From NCBI GenBank assembly GCA_951406725.2, contig OX597839.1, forward strand, positions 8,494,001 to 8,558,000: a DNA stretch of 64,000 bases, written 5' to 3'. The position numbers and the translations under genes were made by a program. The notes under the pieces were generated by a model. That model saw only the letters and a list, made by a program, of their open reading frames with translations, ran no database searches and was not told the origin of the DNA. The stretch comes from Octopus vulgaris. Its lineage: Eukaryota. Shown here in pieces: positions 27,510-40,416 of this stretch (position 1 is its first letter; every line of letters begins with the position of its first letter).

Positions 27510-28011
27510 ATCAGCAGTAACAACAATAATATTTATCATATGAAGACATGAGCCAGCAAAGAAGTGTTTCTATACACATTGCCTTACACCACAGCTCAAC
27601 ATTAATGGATCAGAGAACGTAAAAGGAGCGTTCAGAGTCAATTTAAAGTTTGAACCCTCCCCCTTCATTTGGACGCAGGCGTGGTTTAAGAAGCCTGCTT
27701 CCCAACCATATAGCCCCAAGTTCAATCCCACTGCGTGGCACCTACGGTAAGTGTCTTCTATTACAGCCTCGGGCCGATCAAAGCCTCGCAGGTGGATTTG
27801 GTTTACGGAAACTGAAAGAAGCCCGTCACACACACATTATCCTGCGTTTGAGAATTTAAAAAAATCACTTTCTAAGACATCTCAACACTTTTAAAGCAAA
27901 CTTCGTTTGTTTGTTTACTTTCATCGTAATTTGAATTAATTACTCCCAACGCACCAATTACTACTGGTATTATCGTAGTACTAAGCTTCAACATTTGTTT
28001 GATTTATTACG

Positions 28012-28043
<32 letters not shown>

Positions 28044-28044
28044 C

Positions 28045-28203
28045 ATTCCTTCGTAACACAGTGTAGGTAAAAATACACTGGAGTCTTTAGTCATCTGTCA
28101 AGTCACAACAAGGACCTCAGACAGATAATACTTTCTTTAAGATTGCGCTGTGCCCAATAAGGGTGCTTTTTGCAAGACATCAATCTTGCATGGGATTTCC
28201 GAT
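28045..28203 (-). mobile_element. 5'-truncated 3' end of an R4/Dong-like restriction-like-endonuclease (RLE) retrotransposon in (TAA)n
   Basis: Minus translation EIPCKIDVLQKAPLLGTA/ILKKVLSV* matches the QKAxLLGTAxILxKVL C-terminus; flanked by (ATT)n. Confidence 0.65.
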
Positions 28204-28221
28204 GATTATTATTATTATTAT

Positions 28222-28776
28222 TGAGTGAGAGAGCAGTTCATGCCATCAAAGTGACACTGGGGTAAAATATACGAAGCCCAATATACCCATCATGACTACC
28301 CGTCTGATAAGGGTACACCAGGCACATGCATCACAACCATATGTGCGCGACATGGTGATCTCATATCAAGATAAACAGCACATGACCTTGCAGGTGGGGC
28401 CCAGTTAGAATTTTCTTCAGGTTGAGTAGCCCATCTCGCTCAAAAGGTCCCTGAATAAGGGTTGTTTAAGGATGTTGAAAGAACCACCCATGTTTCCAGA
28501 GGTGAATTATTCAAACCCCAAAGAATCCCTCTCAACACATGGCTATGATGCTCCCCCACTACTTCTGCTCGTGATCAGAGATGCACATATCGTCAGCCAC
28601 TAAGGGACATGCTCAACTGGTTAAGATCAAGCAATTGACAAGCAAAAATGTGGTATTGAGCAGAATATTTGCTGTAGCCCATCTTTTATACCAAGACAAA
28701 ACAATGTACATGATAACACTTCCAATCAGTTAAGATCAGAAGCCATGACAGCCACTGCCTGGTACTGCATCAGGGC

Positions 28777-28781
<5 letters not shown>
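28222..28781. mobile_element. Family D interspersed repeat, (ATT)n-flanked
   Basis: Closely similar partial copies at 52787-53127 and 62911-63030 (inverted); always abuts (ATT)n. Confidence 0.85.
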
Positions 28782-28825
<44 letters not shown>

Positions 28826-28826
<1 letters not shown>

Positions 28827-28940
28827 TGGCCTGCTCGCTTAGCCAGCGCGGTGGCGTCATTTGAAGGCTAAGACAATGCGAAGCGCATTGTGACCAGCGA
28901 TGTGTAGCAACATCTGATAGCCTGGTCGGTCACGGTGATA
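28826..28940 (+). mobile_element. SINE family C tail type i (5'-truncated)
   Basis: TTGGCCTGCTCGCTTAGCCAGC...GGTCACGGTGATA followed by (TA)n; another truncated copy is at 60973-61098 (-). Confidence 0.85.
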
Positions 28941-29424
28941 TATATATATATATATATTGATGTATGTTTGTGTGTTTCTCCATCGCAATTGCTTGACAGC
29001 CAGTGTTAGAGAGTTTACGTTTCCGTAACCTAGCGGTTCAGCAAAAGTTACCGATAGAATAAATACCAAGCTTTTGAATAAAAAAAAAGGAAGTCCCTAA
29101 AGTTCTCGAAGGCGGTACCCAGCATGGCTGCAGTCCAATGACTGTAACAAGTAAAAGATATTATCGGTACTACTCCTTTTGTTTTATCTCTACTGGAGAG
29201 AATAGATAGTGACAAATTACATGGTTACAATTCTATTGGTCATTGACCTAAAGTTCTCTTTTCTTCACTGCACAATTATTTCTAATTAGACTTTTGTCGT
29301 ACTCTGCATTACAGACGTCAACTTATTGTTTTTCATGTAGATGGCTTCTCAGAGTAATTACTTTCAATGTTTTACTAATTTTAGATGCGGAAATTGTTCG
29401 CATTCTATTTGTGTATGATATATA

Positions 29425-29978
29425 TTGGGTTGTCCGGAAAGTTCGTGCCGATTTTTAAAGGAAAGAAAAAGGTCAATAAATACTTGCCGTTACATTTTTA
29501 ATCAACCAAATATGAACCATTTTGTTGCACAATGCATCTCCATCTTTCCTTTAACTTGAAAATACCCTCTTCCCAGAATTGAGGTGGTTTCATGGCAAAG
29601 AATTATTCAAGGTATGTTTTTACATCATCCAAGGAATTGAAATTTTTATCATTAAGACTATTCTGAATAAGTGAAAATCCGAAGAAGCAATATCTGGTGA
29701 ATAAGAAGGGTGGGGTAACACATCCCTGGTGAGCTGCAGCAATTTTTGTCTGGTTCCCAAAGCATCAAGTGCCGAAAATGAACTTTATCTTCCATTTTAA
29801 AGGGTTACAGAATTAACACAGGTTATAGAAACATAAATCTTCTTCTACGAAAAGATAGCTTAAACTGTGCTCTAAATAGAGGTGTAGTCAAATCCTATTT
29901 TATGGACTCAAACCATGTTCTAAAATAAGCCGAAACGTAAGCTACTATAAATCGGCACGAACTTTCCGGACAACCCAA
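29425..29978 (-). mobile_element. Internally deleted non-autonomous mariner (554 bp)
   Basis: 30-bp TIR TTGGGTTGTCCGGAAAGTTCGTGCCGATTT at both ends, TA TSDs, and a remnant of the YSPDIA motif on the minus strand. Confidence 0.93.
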
Positions 29979-30420
29979 TATTTCTACAGATTATTTTATC
30001 ACTATTTCATAATAACAATAATGGTTTCTAATTTTGGCCCAAGGCCAGTAAATTTGGGAGAAGGGTAAGTCGATTACATCGACCCGGTGGTCAACTGGTA
30101 CTTAATTTATTGACCTCTAAAGCGGGAAAATAAAATGCTGTACTCCTTAGTAACACGGTGGTGTAGCCGGTGATGTAGTAGAAATTTGCCTGCAACTATA
30201 AGATATCGAATTACTTTAATAACTTACATTGGCCACAAGGGCTTTGATGCCAGCGAAGATTCCGTGTCGAAATACACAGGAAAGTCACAAACGAACAGGA
30301 AAACACATTTTCGGCGGGTGGGGCGGGGCGGTGTCGTAAGTAGTTGATACTTTTTCAGCATAAAAAGTGGTCTAGTCGAATACATTGACTCCACTGCTAA
30401 ACTGGTAGGTTTTTTATTAG

Positions 30421-30651
30421 AAACGTTAGCTGGCAGAAACGTTAGCACGCCAGGTGAAATGCTTAGCGGTATTTCGTCTGCAGTTACGTTCTGAGGTCAA
30501 ATTCCGCCGAGGTCGACTTTGCTTTTCATCCTTTCGGGGTCGATAAATTAAGTACCAGTTACGCACTGGGGTCGATATAATCGACTTAATCCGTTTGTCT
30601 GTCCTTGTTTGTCTTCTCTGTGTTTAGCCCCTTGTGGGTAGTAAAGAAATA
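30421..30651 (+). mobile_element. SINE family A copy with TSD
   Basis: Flanked on both sides by GGTAGG(T)5-6ATTAG (30404-30420 and 30652-30667). Confidence 0.92.
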
Positions 30652-30939
30652 GGTAGGTTTTTATTAGACCTGAAACCTCGACAGCATTTGGACTCAGAAC
30701 AAAAATTTAACGCCAAGCTTTTTAGCCGGCGCGGTATCGATTATGGTACCTCATCGCCTTCCATATTTGTAATAATATTAACCAGCTGTATAAACTTTTT
30801 CCTTTCTCTCCCACTCATTTCCACCTTCCTCTCTCTATATATTTATATCGTTATGAATCTTATGTCAACCACTCTATACTTCACGATAATCCTCATCGAA
30901 ATTTATATATTTCAGAGAGAGAGAGAGAGTGTGTGTGTA

Positions 30940-30992
<53 letters not shown>

Positions 30993-31270
30993 AGTTCAAC
31001 AAGTAGTATATCACTCGATTAGTTAAAAGGGCAAAGTAATTGTAATAAAAACCAAAAAATGCCTTGTGAAACAATGCAACCCAGGGCTTATTGGACCATT
31101 TACCAGGCTGCTAAAGCGACAAGACAGCTTAGTAAGTGCGTTCGATATAATCGAAGTTCCAATGAACACATGTTTAAGAAATGACAGACTGCAATCAAGG
31201 GGAGATACTTAACTACACAGGAAATATAAACAGTGTTTTACAAATATCGAAACTTAAATAAACCAACGCT

Positions 31271-31630
31271 GGAATGGTTATGCTGTCCGGTGGTTTTACA
31301 TTAATTCCTACAAACATATATTTTGTAACATGCGGACATGATGAAAAAAGCTCACGCCTTGGAATGGTTATGCTGTCCGGTGGTTTTACATTAATTCCTA
31401 CAAACATATATTTTGTAACATGCGGACATGATGAAAAAAGCTCGCGCCTTGGAATGGTTATGCTGTCCGGTGGTTTTACATTAATTCCTACAAACATATA
31501 TTTTGTAACATGCGGACATGATGAAAAAAGCTCGCGCCTTGGAATGGTTATGCTGTCCGGTGGTTTTACATTAATTCCTACAAACATATATTTTGTAACA
31601 TGCGGACATGATGAAAAAAGCTCGCGCCTT
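31271..31630. repeat. 90-bp minisatellite, 4 near-identical copies
   Basis: Units start at 31271, 31361, 31451 and 31541; only one substitution seen (CTCACG vs CTCGCG). Confidence 0.98.
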
Positions 31631-32155
31631 GTATTTGTACAGTCCCTGGGGATTTTTAACGTTTGTAAAATATGTATCTGTGTGTGTAGTGGAGGGAAGT
31701 GGCTAAGTAGTCAGAGCGTTGCATGATCGTAAAATTGTGGTTTCCATTGTGGTTGCATGATCGTAAGATTGTGGACCGGGCGATTCGTTATGTTGTTGTG
31801 TAAAGCACTTCATTTCACATTGTTCTGTCCACTCACCTGGCAAAAATGTGTAATTCTGCGATCGACAGGCAATATATACGGCAAAGAATCTGGGAGACCG
31901 GTCTAATGAGTCTAATGCTAGGGAAAGAGCTCTGTGTGTGTGTGTGTGTGATGAAAGCAAACAAACTTCGAAATCCCTAAGTTTTCTTAATAAAATATAT
32001 GTTTGTGTGTGTGTATATATATATAAATGATAAAATTAACTAAATCGCAATTTACAACCAAAAGGCAGAAGTATAGACTAAAGTGGCTAAGGGTACCAGT
32101 TAACACCAGCATTGCTAGAAATAACAGTCAAAACAACTCCTATATATATGTGTAT

Positions 32156-32244
<89 letters not shown>

Positions 32245-32960
32245 TACATACATACATACATACATATACACACACATATATAAATGCATGTGCCTATATA
32301 TAATGCATATTATTAAAGGGGGAATATATTTATCGATGTGTATGTCTGTACACAATGTATATGTGCATGTTTATATATAAATATACACATGTGTGTGTAT
32401 ATTTTTGTTAAAGCAGGCGCATATTATAAATGCACATGTGTATGCATGTATATATATATATATACATTCGAATAAACATATGCATATATGTGCATGTGTG
32501 TGCGAGATGATCAATCAATATGTACGTACGTATGTGTATAAATGTACTCGAACAATTCAGCTGAAAGGATGGAAGAAGAGTGAAAGAGAAATTAAAATAA
32601 ATGAGAGAAAGCGATGAAAAGGAGGACGAAAAGATATGGAAAAAGTCTCTGCCTCCTGTCATACACTTCCCTGAGTCGTAAAACGGACTAAAAATGCAGC
32701 CGCCATTGTGAAGCCCTTGTAAAATCCTCTTACGTCAGCAGTAAGTTTTATTTATGGCTTCTGGACTTCCGTTACTACGATGAGTTAGTCACTCGGCCCT
32801 ACTTGGGGCGTTCACGGTCCAGCTTTCGATTGTAATTGATGGCAGGTTTAGTTTGTTGTATCTAAATTCCCGTTACTATGAGCATAATCAGTATGTCTAC
32901 GTAGTATGTCAGTGTGTGAATTTATGTTTTGTGTGCATGCGTACGCAAGTATAAGTGTTC

Positions 32961-33002
<42 letters not shown>

Positions 33003-33712
33003 ACACACATACACACACACACAGATATGTTCTGTTGTATTATACATGTGTGTGTGTGTCCGCACTTGCGCAGTGGCGCTTGTCTTTCTCGTAAGGATTG
33101 ACAGTGTGGACATTTGTGAGAATCTGTATGCAACAATTTATGCATCTATGCGCATAGTGCATGTGAGTGTATATATATATATATGCATGTGTATACACAC
33201 GCATACACGCATGTATGCATATTTATACATATACGTGTATCAATAATTATATGTGTATGCGTATGCGCGCAAGTGCAAACACAGATTTACTTTAGACTCG
33301 TAGATCTAAGTATTGTCGCATTACAGAGATTGTTACTTTTCCCTCTTCTCTACTTCCTCTCTCTCTCTCCTCTTTTCTCTCTGCCTCCCCTCTCTCCTCT
33401 TCTCTACTACCTCTCTCTCCTCTTTTCTGTCTGCCTCCCTCCTCTCTCCACCTCTTTTCTCATACACCTTTACACACATATCATATCGTGAGTGACTGTT
33501 GAATTGACAGGCGTATATACACGCGTTTATAAACCTATGTTGGAGACTATGTGACTGGCTTTTTGTGAATTGTAAGGATTTTTCGGCATTTTGCTACATC
33601 AATATAGACTAATACAGAAATACACTACCATACACATTAACTACATGTTTACTACAATAACACACACACACACACACACACAATATTATTTATATTACTA
33701 TATATTAAAGCG

Positions 33713-34092
33713 TGGAGGCGCAATGGCCCAGTGGTTAGGGCAGCGGACTCGCGGTCGTAGGATCGCGGTTTCGATTCCCAGACCGGGCGTTGTGAGTGTT
33801 TATTGAGCGAAAACACCTAAAAAGCTCCACGAGGTTCCGGCAAGGATGTGGTGATCCCTGCTGTACTCTTTCACCACAACTTTCTCTCACTCTTACTTTC
33901 TGTTGTACCTGTATTTCAAAGGGCCGGCCTTGTCACTCTCTGTGTCACGCTGAATATCTCAGAGAACTACGTTAAGGGTACACGTGTCTGTGGAGTGCTC
34001 AGCCACTTACACGTTAATTTCACGAGCAGGCTGTTCCGTTGATCGGATCAACCGGAACCCTCGTCGTCGTAACCGACGGAGTGCTTCCACTC
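33713..34092 (+). mobile_element. SINE family C with tail type iii and 13-bp TSD
   Basis: A box TGGCCCAGTGG, B box GTTTCGATTCC; TSD ATATATTAAAGCG (33700-33712, 34093-34105). Confidence 0.92.
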
Positions 34093-34826
34093 ATATATTA
34101 AAGCGGAGAGTTGACAGAATCGTTAACGCATCAGATAAAACGCTTAGAGGTATTTCGCCCGAGTTTAAATACCAGCGCGGTCGACTTCGCCTTTTATCCG
34201 TTTCTGGATCGATAAAATAAGTACTAGTTAAGCACTGGAATCGATCACATCGATTAACTTCCTCCCCACAAAATCCCAGCCCTTGTACCTATTGTAGAAA
34301 AGAATTAAAGGCGGCGAGCTTACATTCTGAGTTCAAATTCCGCCGAGGTCGACTTTGCCTTTTAAGATATTTGCATGAACAAGCTCCCTCTATACTAAAT
34401 TTGTATGGAAATAACTAAAAAAGAACTTATATAACGAATATGTTTTCCATTTTGTTTTTCATAATCAGTTATGCTTGTCTGCTCAGAGTGTCTTCCTTCG
34501 TCTAAACCTGATAAAAACAGGGAAAATGTGTTTGAAATATAAGTATTGCATCTGATATAAGTATTTTATTTCGAAGAAAACTCATGAACCCCGCTCTCTA
34601 AAGCCACCAGTGCTCCCAAGAGCGCTCCTTGTCACTTACCCTAGCTTTATGAAGTAACAACACTCACAAGGGACAACTAATACGCAAGTTATTAAATGAT
34701 ACGTTTGATGTAAAAGCCAAAAAGGTGCACCATGTTGCACAAACCTCGGGCATTCACGGATAGGAAGTTGAAACTAGATTTAATCCTATCATAACTACTG
34801 TAAGGTTGGGAGGAATTAGGTCATAT

Positions 34827-35045
34827 CAGTGCTTTTCAAACTTTTTGCTGGAGCAGAACCCCAAGGAAACATTCTACTGGCTCGAGGAACCCCTGTGCAA
34901 TAATCTAATAGTCTTATGCACACATATCTGCACAGGAGAATTAAAAATTACTGCCGATTTTAGCAGTTTTGTAACATCTTGCAGAACCCCTGCACTGTGC
35001 TGGCGGAACCCTAAGGTTTCGCGGAACCCTGGTTGAAAACCACTG
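34827..35045. mobile_element. hAT-type MITE (219 bp)
   Basis: Termini CAGTGCTTTTCAA / TTGAAAACCACTG, internal GGAACCC repeats, 8-bp TSD GGTCATAT/GGTCAGAT. Confidence 0.85.
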
Positions 35046-35447
35046 GGTCAGATGGTAAAACCAAAGCAGATGCTGTTTACTGCTGGTCAACAGGCTGTTT
35101 AGGTGACCCCTGACCTGCTGCCATTGAGTCAGGCGGTGCTCTACATCAATTGATCAGTACGGACTCTAGTTTGTCCATGTGCGATATTTTCAATCTAAGA
35201 AAGGACTGCAATGCTAATTTGTCAGCGATTTTACAGTAAATGCTAGATGTTTCATCATAGTTATGATAAATGTATCATTCGTTAATCAGAGCACCAATTT
35301 CATCTTGTGCCCAGTGGCGTTTTAGAATGTTGCTGGCCGTGTTCACTAAGGGAGTATTATACATCGTACGTTATTGGATGAGTTAATGTATAATCGTGTA
35401 TGTGCCGGAAGAGAGTTTACTGTTGATATATGAAGAAATGAAATAAA

Positions 35448-35868
35448 AGGCGCAGGAGTGGCTGTGTGGTAAGTAGCTTGCTAAACTACAACATGGTTCA
35501 GGGTTCAGTCCCACTGCGTGGCATTTTGGGCAAGTGTCTTCTGCTATAGCCCTGGGCCGACCAATGCCTTGTGAGTGGATTTGGTAGACGGAAACTGAAA
35601 GAAGCCTGTCGTACATATGTATATATATATATATATATATGTGTGTATGTGTATTTGTGTGTCTGTGTTTGTCCTCCTAGCATTGCTTGACAACCGATGC
35701 TGGTGTGTTTACGTCCCCGTCACTTAGCGGTTCGGCAAAAGAGACCGATAGAATAAGTACTGGGCTTACAAAGAATAAGTCCCGGGGTCGATTTGCTCGA
35801 CTAAAGGCGGTGCTCCAGCATGGCCGCAGTCAAATGACTGAAACAAGTAACAGAGTAAAGAGTAAAGA
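35448..35868 (+). mobile_element. Full-length SINE family B
   Basis: A box TGGCTGTGTGG, B box GGTTCAGTCCC, internal (TA)n, AGAGTAA tail repeats. Confidence 0.92.
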
Positions 35869-36637
35869 AGGTATATATATATGAGTGAGTGTGTGTGGAT
35901 TCAATGTAGTTAATACAGGTATTGAAGAATTAACCGTGTCTTTGAAGCAAAACAAGAGAAATTAACAGTGTACTCACGAGTCCAGTGTAAAAGTTAAACT
36001 TGAAATTTCTTTGAGTTTATAAATTTATATAAGTTTCCATTGAGTGAATTCTGTCTTCTGATGACTGCAAAATGATTATAGAATCATAAATTTCGGAGGT
36101 TTCGAGATTGGCAATAAAGAACATTTCAGCTATTCTGAGATGAGATCTGTAGTTTCTTCGGCTTCTAACTGGCCAGAGCTATGGGAAAACACGTCCTATC
36201 TCTTCGGCTGCCTGTAACCATTTCCCAGCATTATGAGATCTAGATGTGTTTCCTCAGGCGATATATAAATATTGTCACCATAAATTCACATTCTAGGCTT
36301 CAAGAGCATCCTATCTCTCTGCCGTGGCCTGGAGTTATATGAGATACATTTTCAAGTATCGGCCGCCATTTTCGCTGTCTGTTTCCCGGGTAACGCTGGT
36401 TAACCTGTTGATATAGAATTCATAAACATTCATTATATAAGTATGCATGTATGTATATGGGCTTCAGTAGTTTCCGACAGCCGAATTTCACCCACAAATT
36501 TATTGGTCAACCGGTGAGGCGACGTTAGGAAACATCTGCCCGAAGTTCTTGCAATGCAGTCGAACTAGAAAATACGTGACTGTGAAGCAATCTTCATAAC
36601 TTCAATCAGATGTTGCATAATTAACATAACTACATAT

Positions 36638-36789
36638 AGGCGCAGGCGTAGCTATGTGGTAGGAAACTTGCTTCCCAACCACATGGTGCTAGGTTCAGTC
36701 CCTCTGCGTGGCACCTGGGGCAAATGTCTTCTTCTATAGCCTCGGGCCGACCAAAACCTTGTTAATGGATTTCGGAGACGGAAACTGAA

Positions 36790-36824
<35 letters not shown>

Positions 36825-37023
36825 CGTGCGCTCACCACCGCTTGACAACTCGTGTTGATATGTTTACCTTACCGTAACCTAGCGTTTCGGCGAAAGAGGC
36901 CGATAGTATAATTTCTAGACTTAATGAAAAGTAAATCCTGGAGTCAATTTGTTCGACAAAATACTCAAGGTGATGCCCCAGCATGGCCGCAGTCAAATGA
37001 TTGAAATAAATAAAAGATAAAAG
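36638..37023 (+). mobile_element. SINE family B, older copy
   Basis: Collinear with 35448-35868, with internal (TG)n. Confidence 0.85.
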
Positions 37024-37907
37024 ATGGCGGTCTAGTGAACAATTCGAATGTATTTGGTGTAATTCTTGACGTAGTCGACATAGACTTAACACAGACGTGG
37101 TTCGAATCCCGTAGGAGAACCTGGTCGTTACTTTCCACCCTAGGCTGGTGGTTGCCAATGTGTTACATAATTTCTACTTAAAATCTTAATCTTTGATACA
37201 TCGCTTCTATGTAAATATTCTTCTCTCTTCCTCATAATCCTTTCTTTCTCCTTCCTTTTTTCTTTTTCACCCCAGTTTACGCCCCCCCCCCCCATCCGCT
37301 TCTTTCTTTTTCATCTCCGTTTTTTATCCCTTTCCCCGAAAAATCACACGACTACCCAACCACCCCCAACCACACAACTCCCCTCCCCCACCATCACCAC
37401 CACCCAATTTTCCTAATTAGTTAAATCTCCAACGCTACTTTAAATTCCTTTCAATCTTTAACCTTTACACTCGCTCTCACCCACCCGTTATCCCTCCCTT
37501 CTTAGCGCCATATTACTCAACACTTCAAGACTGTCGTTACTTATTGTTTTCATTCTCACTTTATTGTTTTATTTCTATATTTGTTCTACGTATATTATTA
37601 TAGTTTCAATATCCTTGTAACAAGATTTTCCATCTCTCCATCTTAGTAGTGTTTTCTTCACGAATATCTCATTTTCTAATTTTAAATTTAATTTCCATTT
37701 GAAGTGTTTTAATTACTTTTGTTGGTTATATTTTAACGCTTAGCTGATCTTTTCTACAACTATCTAAATTTACTAGCTATTACGCTGCTGTACATATTTA
37801 TTAGTAATATTATTATTAACATCACCTTCATTGCATCGTTATCTATTCCACTATATCATTGAGTTTACTGTGTGTCTATGTGTGTGTGTGTATACTCATA
37901 GATAGCT

Positions 37908-37948
<41 letters not shown>

Positions 37949-37999
37949 GAAAGAGACAGGGAGTGTGTGTGTGTGTACGCGCGCGGGCGTGGGGTGTAA

Positions 38000-38041
<42 letters not shown>

Positions 38042-38042
38042 T

Positions 38043-38360
38043 GAGACCCCCCTCCAGTCATGACTGACCGTGGGATTGCACCTAGAAAGTTACCCTCCGA
38101 GGCACAAGTCCGGGAAAGATTGTTTATAGAAGACCAGCAATCTGCCCTCTCCACGCCACAAGTGTTATCAAGGGAAAGGCAAAGGGGCCGATACAGCTTG
38201 GCACCTGTGACGTCGCAACTCATTTCTACAGCTGAGTAAACTGGAGCAACGTGAAATAAAGTGTATTGCTCAAGAACACAACACACAGCCCGGTCCGGGA
38301 TTCGAACTTACAACCTCACGATCGTAAGCTCGACGCTCTAACCACTGAGCCATGCGCCTT
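38043..38360 (-). mobile_element. tRNA-headed CORE-type SINE (family F)
   Basis: Minus strand: GGCGCATGGCTCAGTGGTTAGAGCG...AGTTCGAATCCC...GTGTTCTTGAGCAATACACTT. Confidence 0.8.
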
Positions 38361-38695
38361 TACACACACACATACACACACAGACACACAGAGACACACA
38401 CACACACATACATACACACACACACACACACAATCGCATTGTCTGGTGTCTGCGGCTAAAGAGAAGACAACTACTCCGAAATGCAATGCATCCCACAGTC
38501 TGGTCAGATGGCGCTGCGAGCTGATACGATGTATTTACATCTATTTGTCAACAGCGAGGAATTTTTTCCGTGACAATACACTAGGAAAAGCTTTCTTCCG
38601 GGTTCGAATATGCATATTTGAACTAATAAACAAGTGTGTGTGTGTGTAGTATATGTATGTATTTATGTGTGTTTGACTATGTGAGTGCGTATGCG

Positions 38696-38740
<45 letters not shown>

Positions 38741-40416
38741 CAGATCGAGGTTGAGGAAAAGAAGAGAGTGGGAAAGTACAAGAAATACGAAGAGAAATAG
38801 ACTAACATAATGATGTTTGATGCGAACAACAACAACAACAACAACAGCAAGAACGATGACCACAAGAAGAGCATGAAGGACAACAACGGAAACCATAAAA
38901 ATAACAAAGTACCTTCTAGAAAGTCGTGGTTTAAATAATGTAGGACAAGAGACAACACTTACAATGGCCGAAGTAAGATGTGTTTACTGTGGTATCGATA
39001 ACATGTCTAACCTACAAAGAAATACTCGACATGAAAGTGAGAGAAAAAGAACCACAAAATAAGTTGGATAGCTTTTTGGGTTTTTTTTTTCCTTAAAATA
39101 TAAATTGCATTAGTTTATATATCTTTTCCCAGCACTTATCCCAAATGGCGTGCTGACAAAAGGATCAGAGGAGAATGAACTGGAAATAGATTCACTCTGT
39201 CTTGCATTTCCTTTGTTTTGTTACCGAGATTTTTTAAAAAGTATTTATCGTCTGCTTTTCTTCCATTTTGTTATGTTTATATGCTTTCTACACGTTCGGG
39301 AAAAAAAAGGTCTTAAATAGTGTGGGCGTTTTTCTTCATACAAAGAACAACTATACATACATACGTAAGGAAATATAAGAAGTGAACGAAATGTAAAGGA
39401 AATGACAAAATAAATAGAAATAATACGTAATGCCTGGAGGTACTATGGTTATGTGTTTAGTTACGCCTCTTTACGTTATGAGTTCAAATCCTGCCTTCAG
39501 CTACAGTAATGATAAAAATAATTTCCAAGTACTTGGGGGCTATTTCACTTGACTAATCACTCCTACGTAATGTGTCGTAGTATGTTAAAATAAAAGTGTG
39601 CGTGTGTGTGTGTGCGTGTGTGTGTGTGCGTGTGTGTGTGCGTGTGTGTGTGTGCGTGTGTGTGTGCGTGTGTGTGTGTGTGTGTATAAAATAAGCAGAA
39701 CAAGAGACATGTGGGAGGGGGGGTAGAATCGCTGATAAGATCACAGGATGTGTGACGAAAGAGCTTAGACAAAGGCACTAAAATAAGAATAATCCTTTCT
39801 ATTATAGGCACAAGGCCTGTAAAATGAAATATATATTCAGACAAATACATAACAAAAACACCAGGACTAACAAGTATATATAACATTCAGAAAATAGCAC
39901 TACTAGGCACCGCACACATCCTACGTAAAACACTTTCAATACAGTAACAAGAGCATCACAACAAACCTTTACAACGTAATAGCCTCAGGTCGACTAAAGC
40001 CTTGTGAGTGGATTTCGCTTTACAGAAGTTCGTCGAAAGTAAGGTGGTTGAGCCGAATCTGGAGCCTTTGACCTTAATTGGCATCCAGGTCTCTTTTCCA
40101 AACTTCCTGCCTACAGCTCCACATATCATTCATCTCTTAAATGAATAATTTCCTATCAGACATCAGTTGTATATATATATATATATATATATATATACAA
40201 CTTGTTTCGAACATTTGTCAGCAGCCATGATGGAGCGCTGCTTTAAGGGATTTTAATAGAAGAAATCGACCCTAGTTTTAATTACTGTAAGCCTTATCGG
40301 TTTCTTTTGCCGAACTGCTAGATACGGGAACGTAAACACATCAACATCGGTTGTCAAGCGATGGTGGAGGGACAAACACAGACCCAAAGACACAAACGCA
40401 CAAATATATATATAAA

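Noticed and set aside
31271-31630. C/D snoRNA cluster (ATGATGA box C in each unit) or CRISPR array
   Set aside because: No box D (CTGA) or terminal stem in the unit, and no spacers.
33713-33790. tRNA genes at SINE heads (also 25641, 27148, 38290, 62720-62865)
   Set aside because: A and B boxes are present, but acceptor stems are not intact and each head continues into a repeat body.
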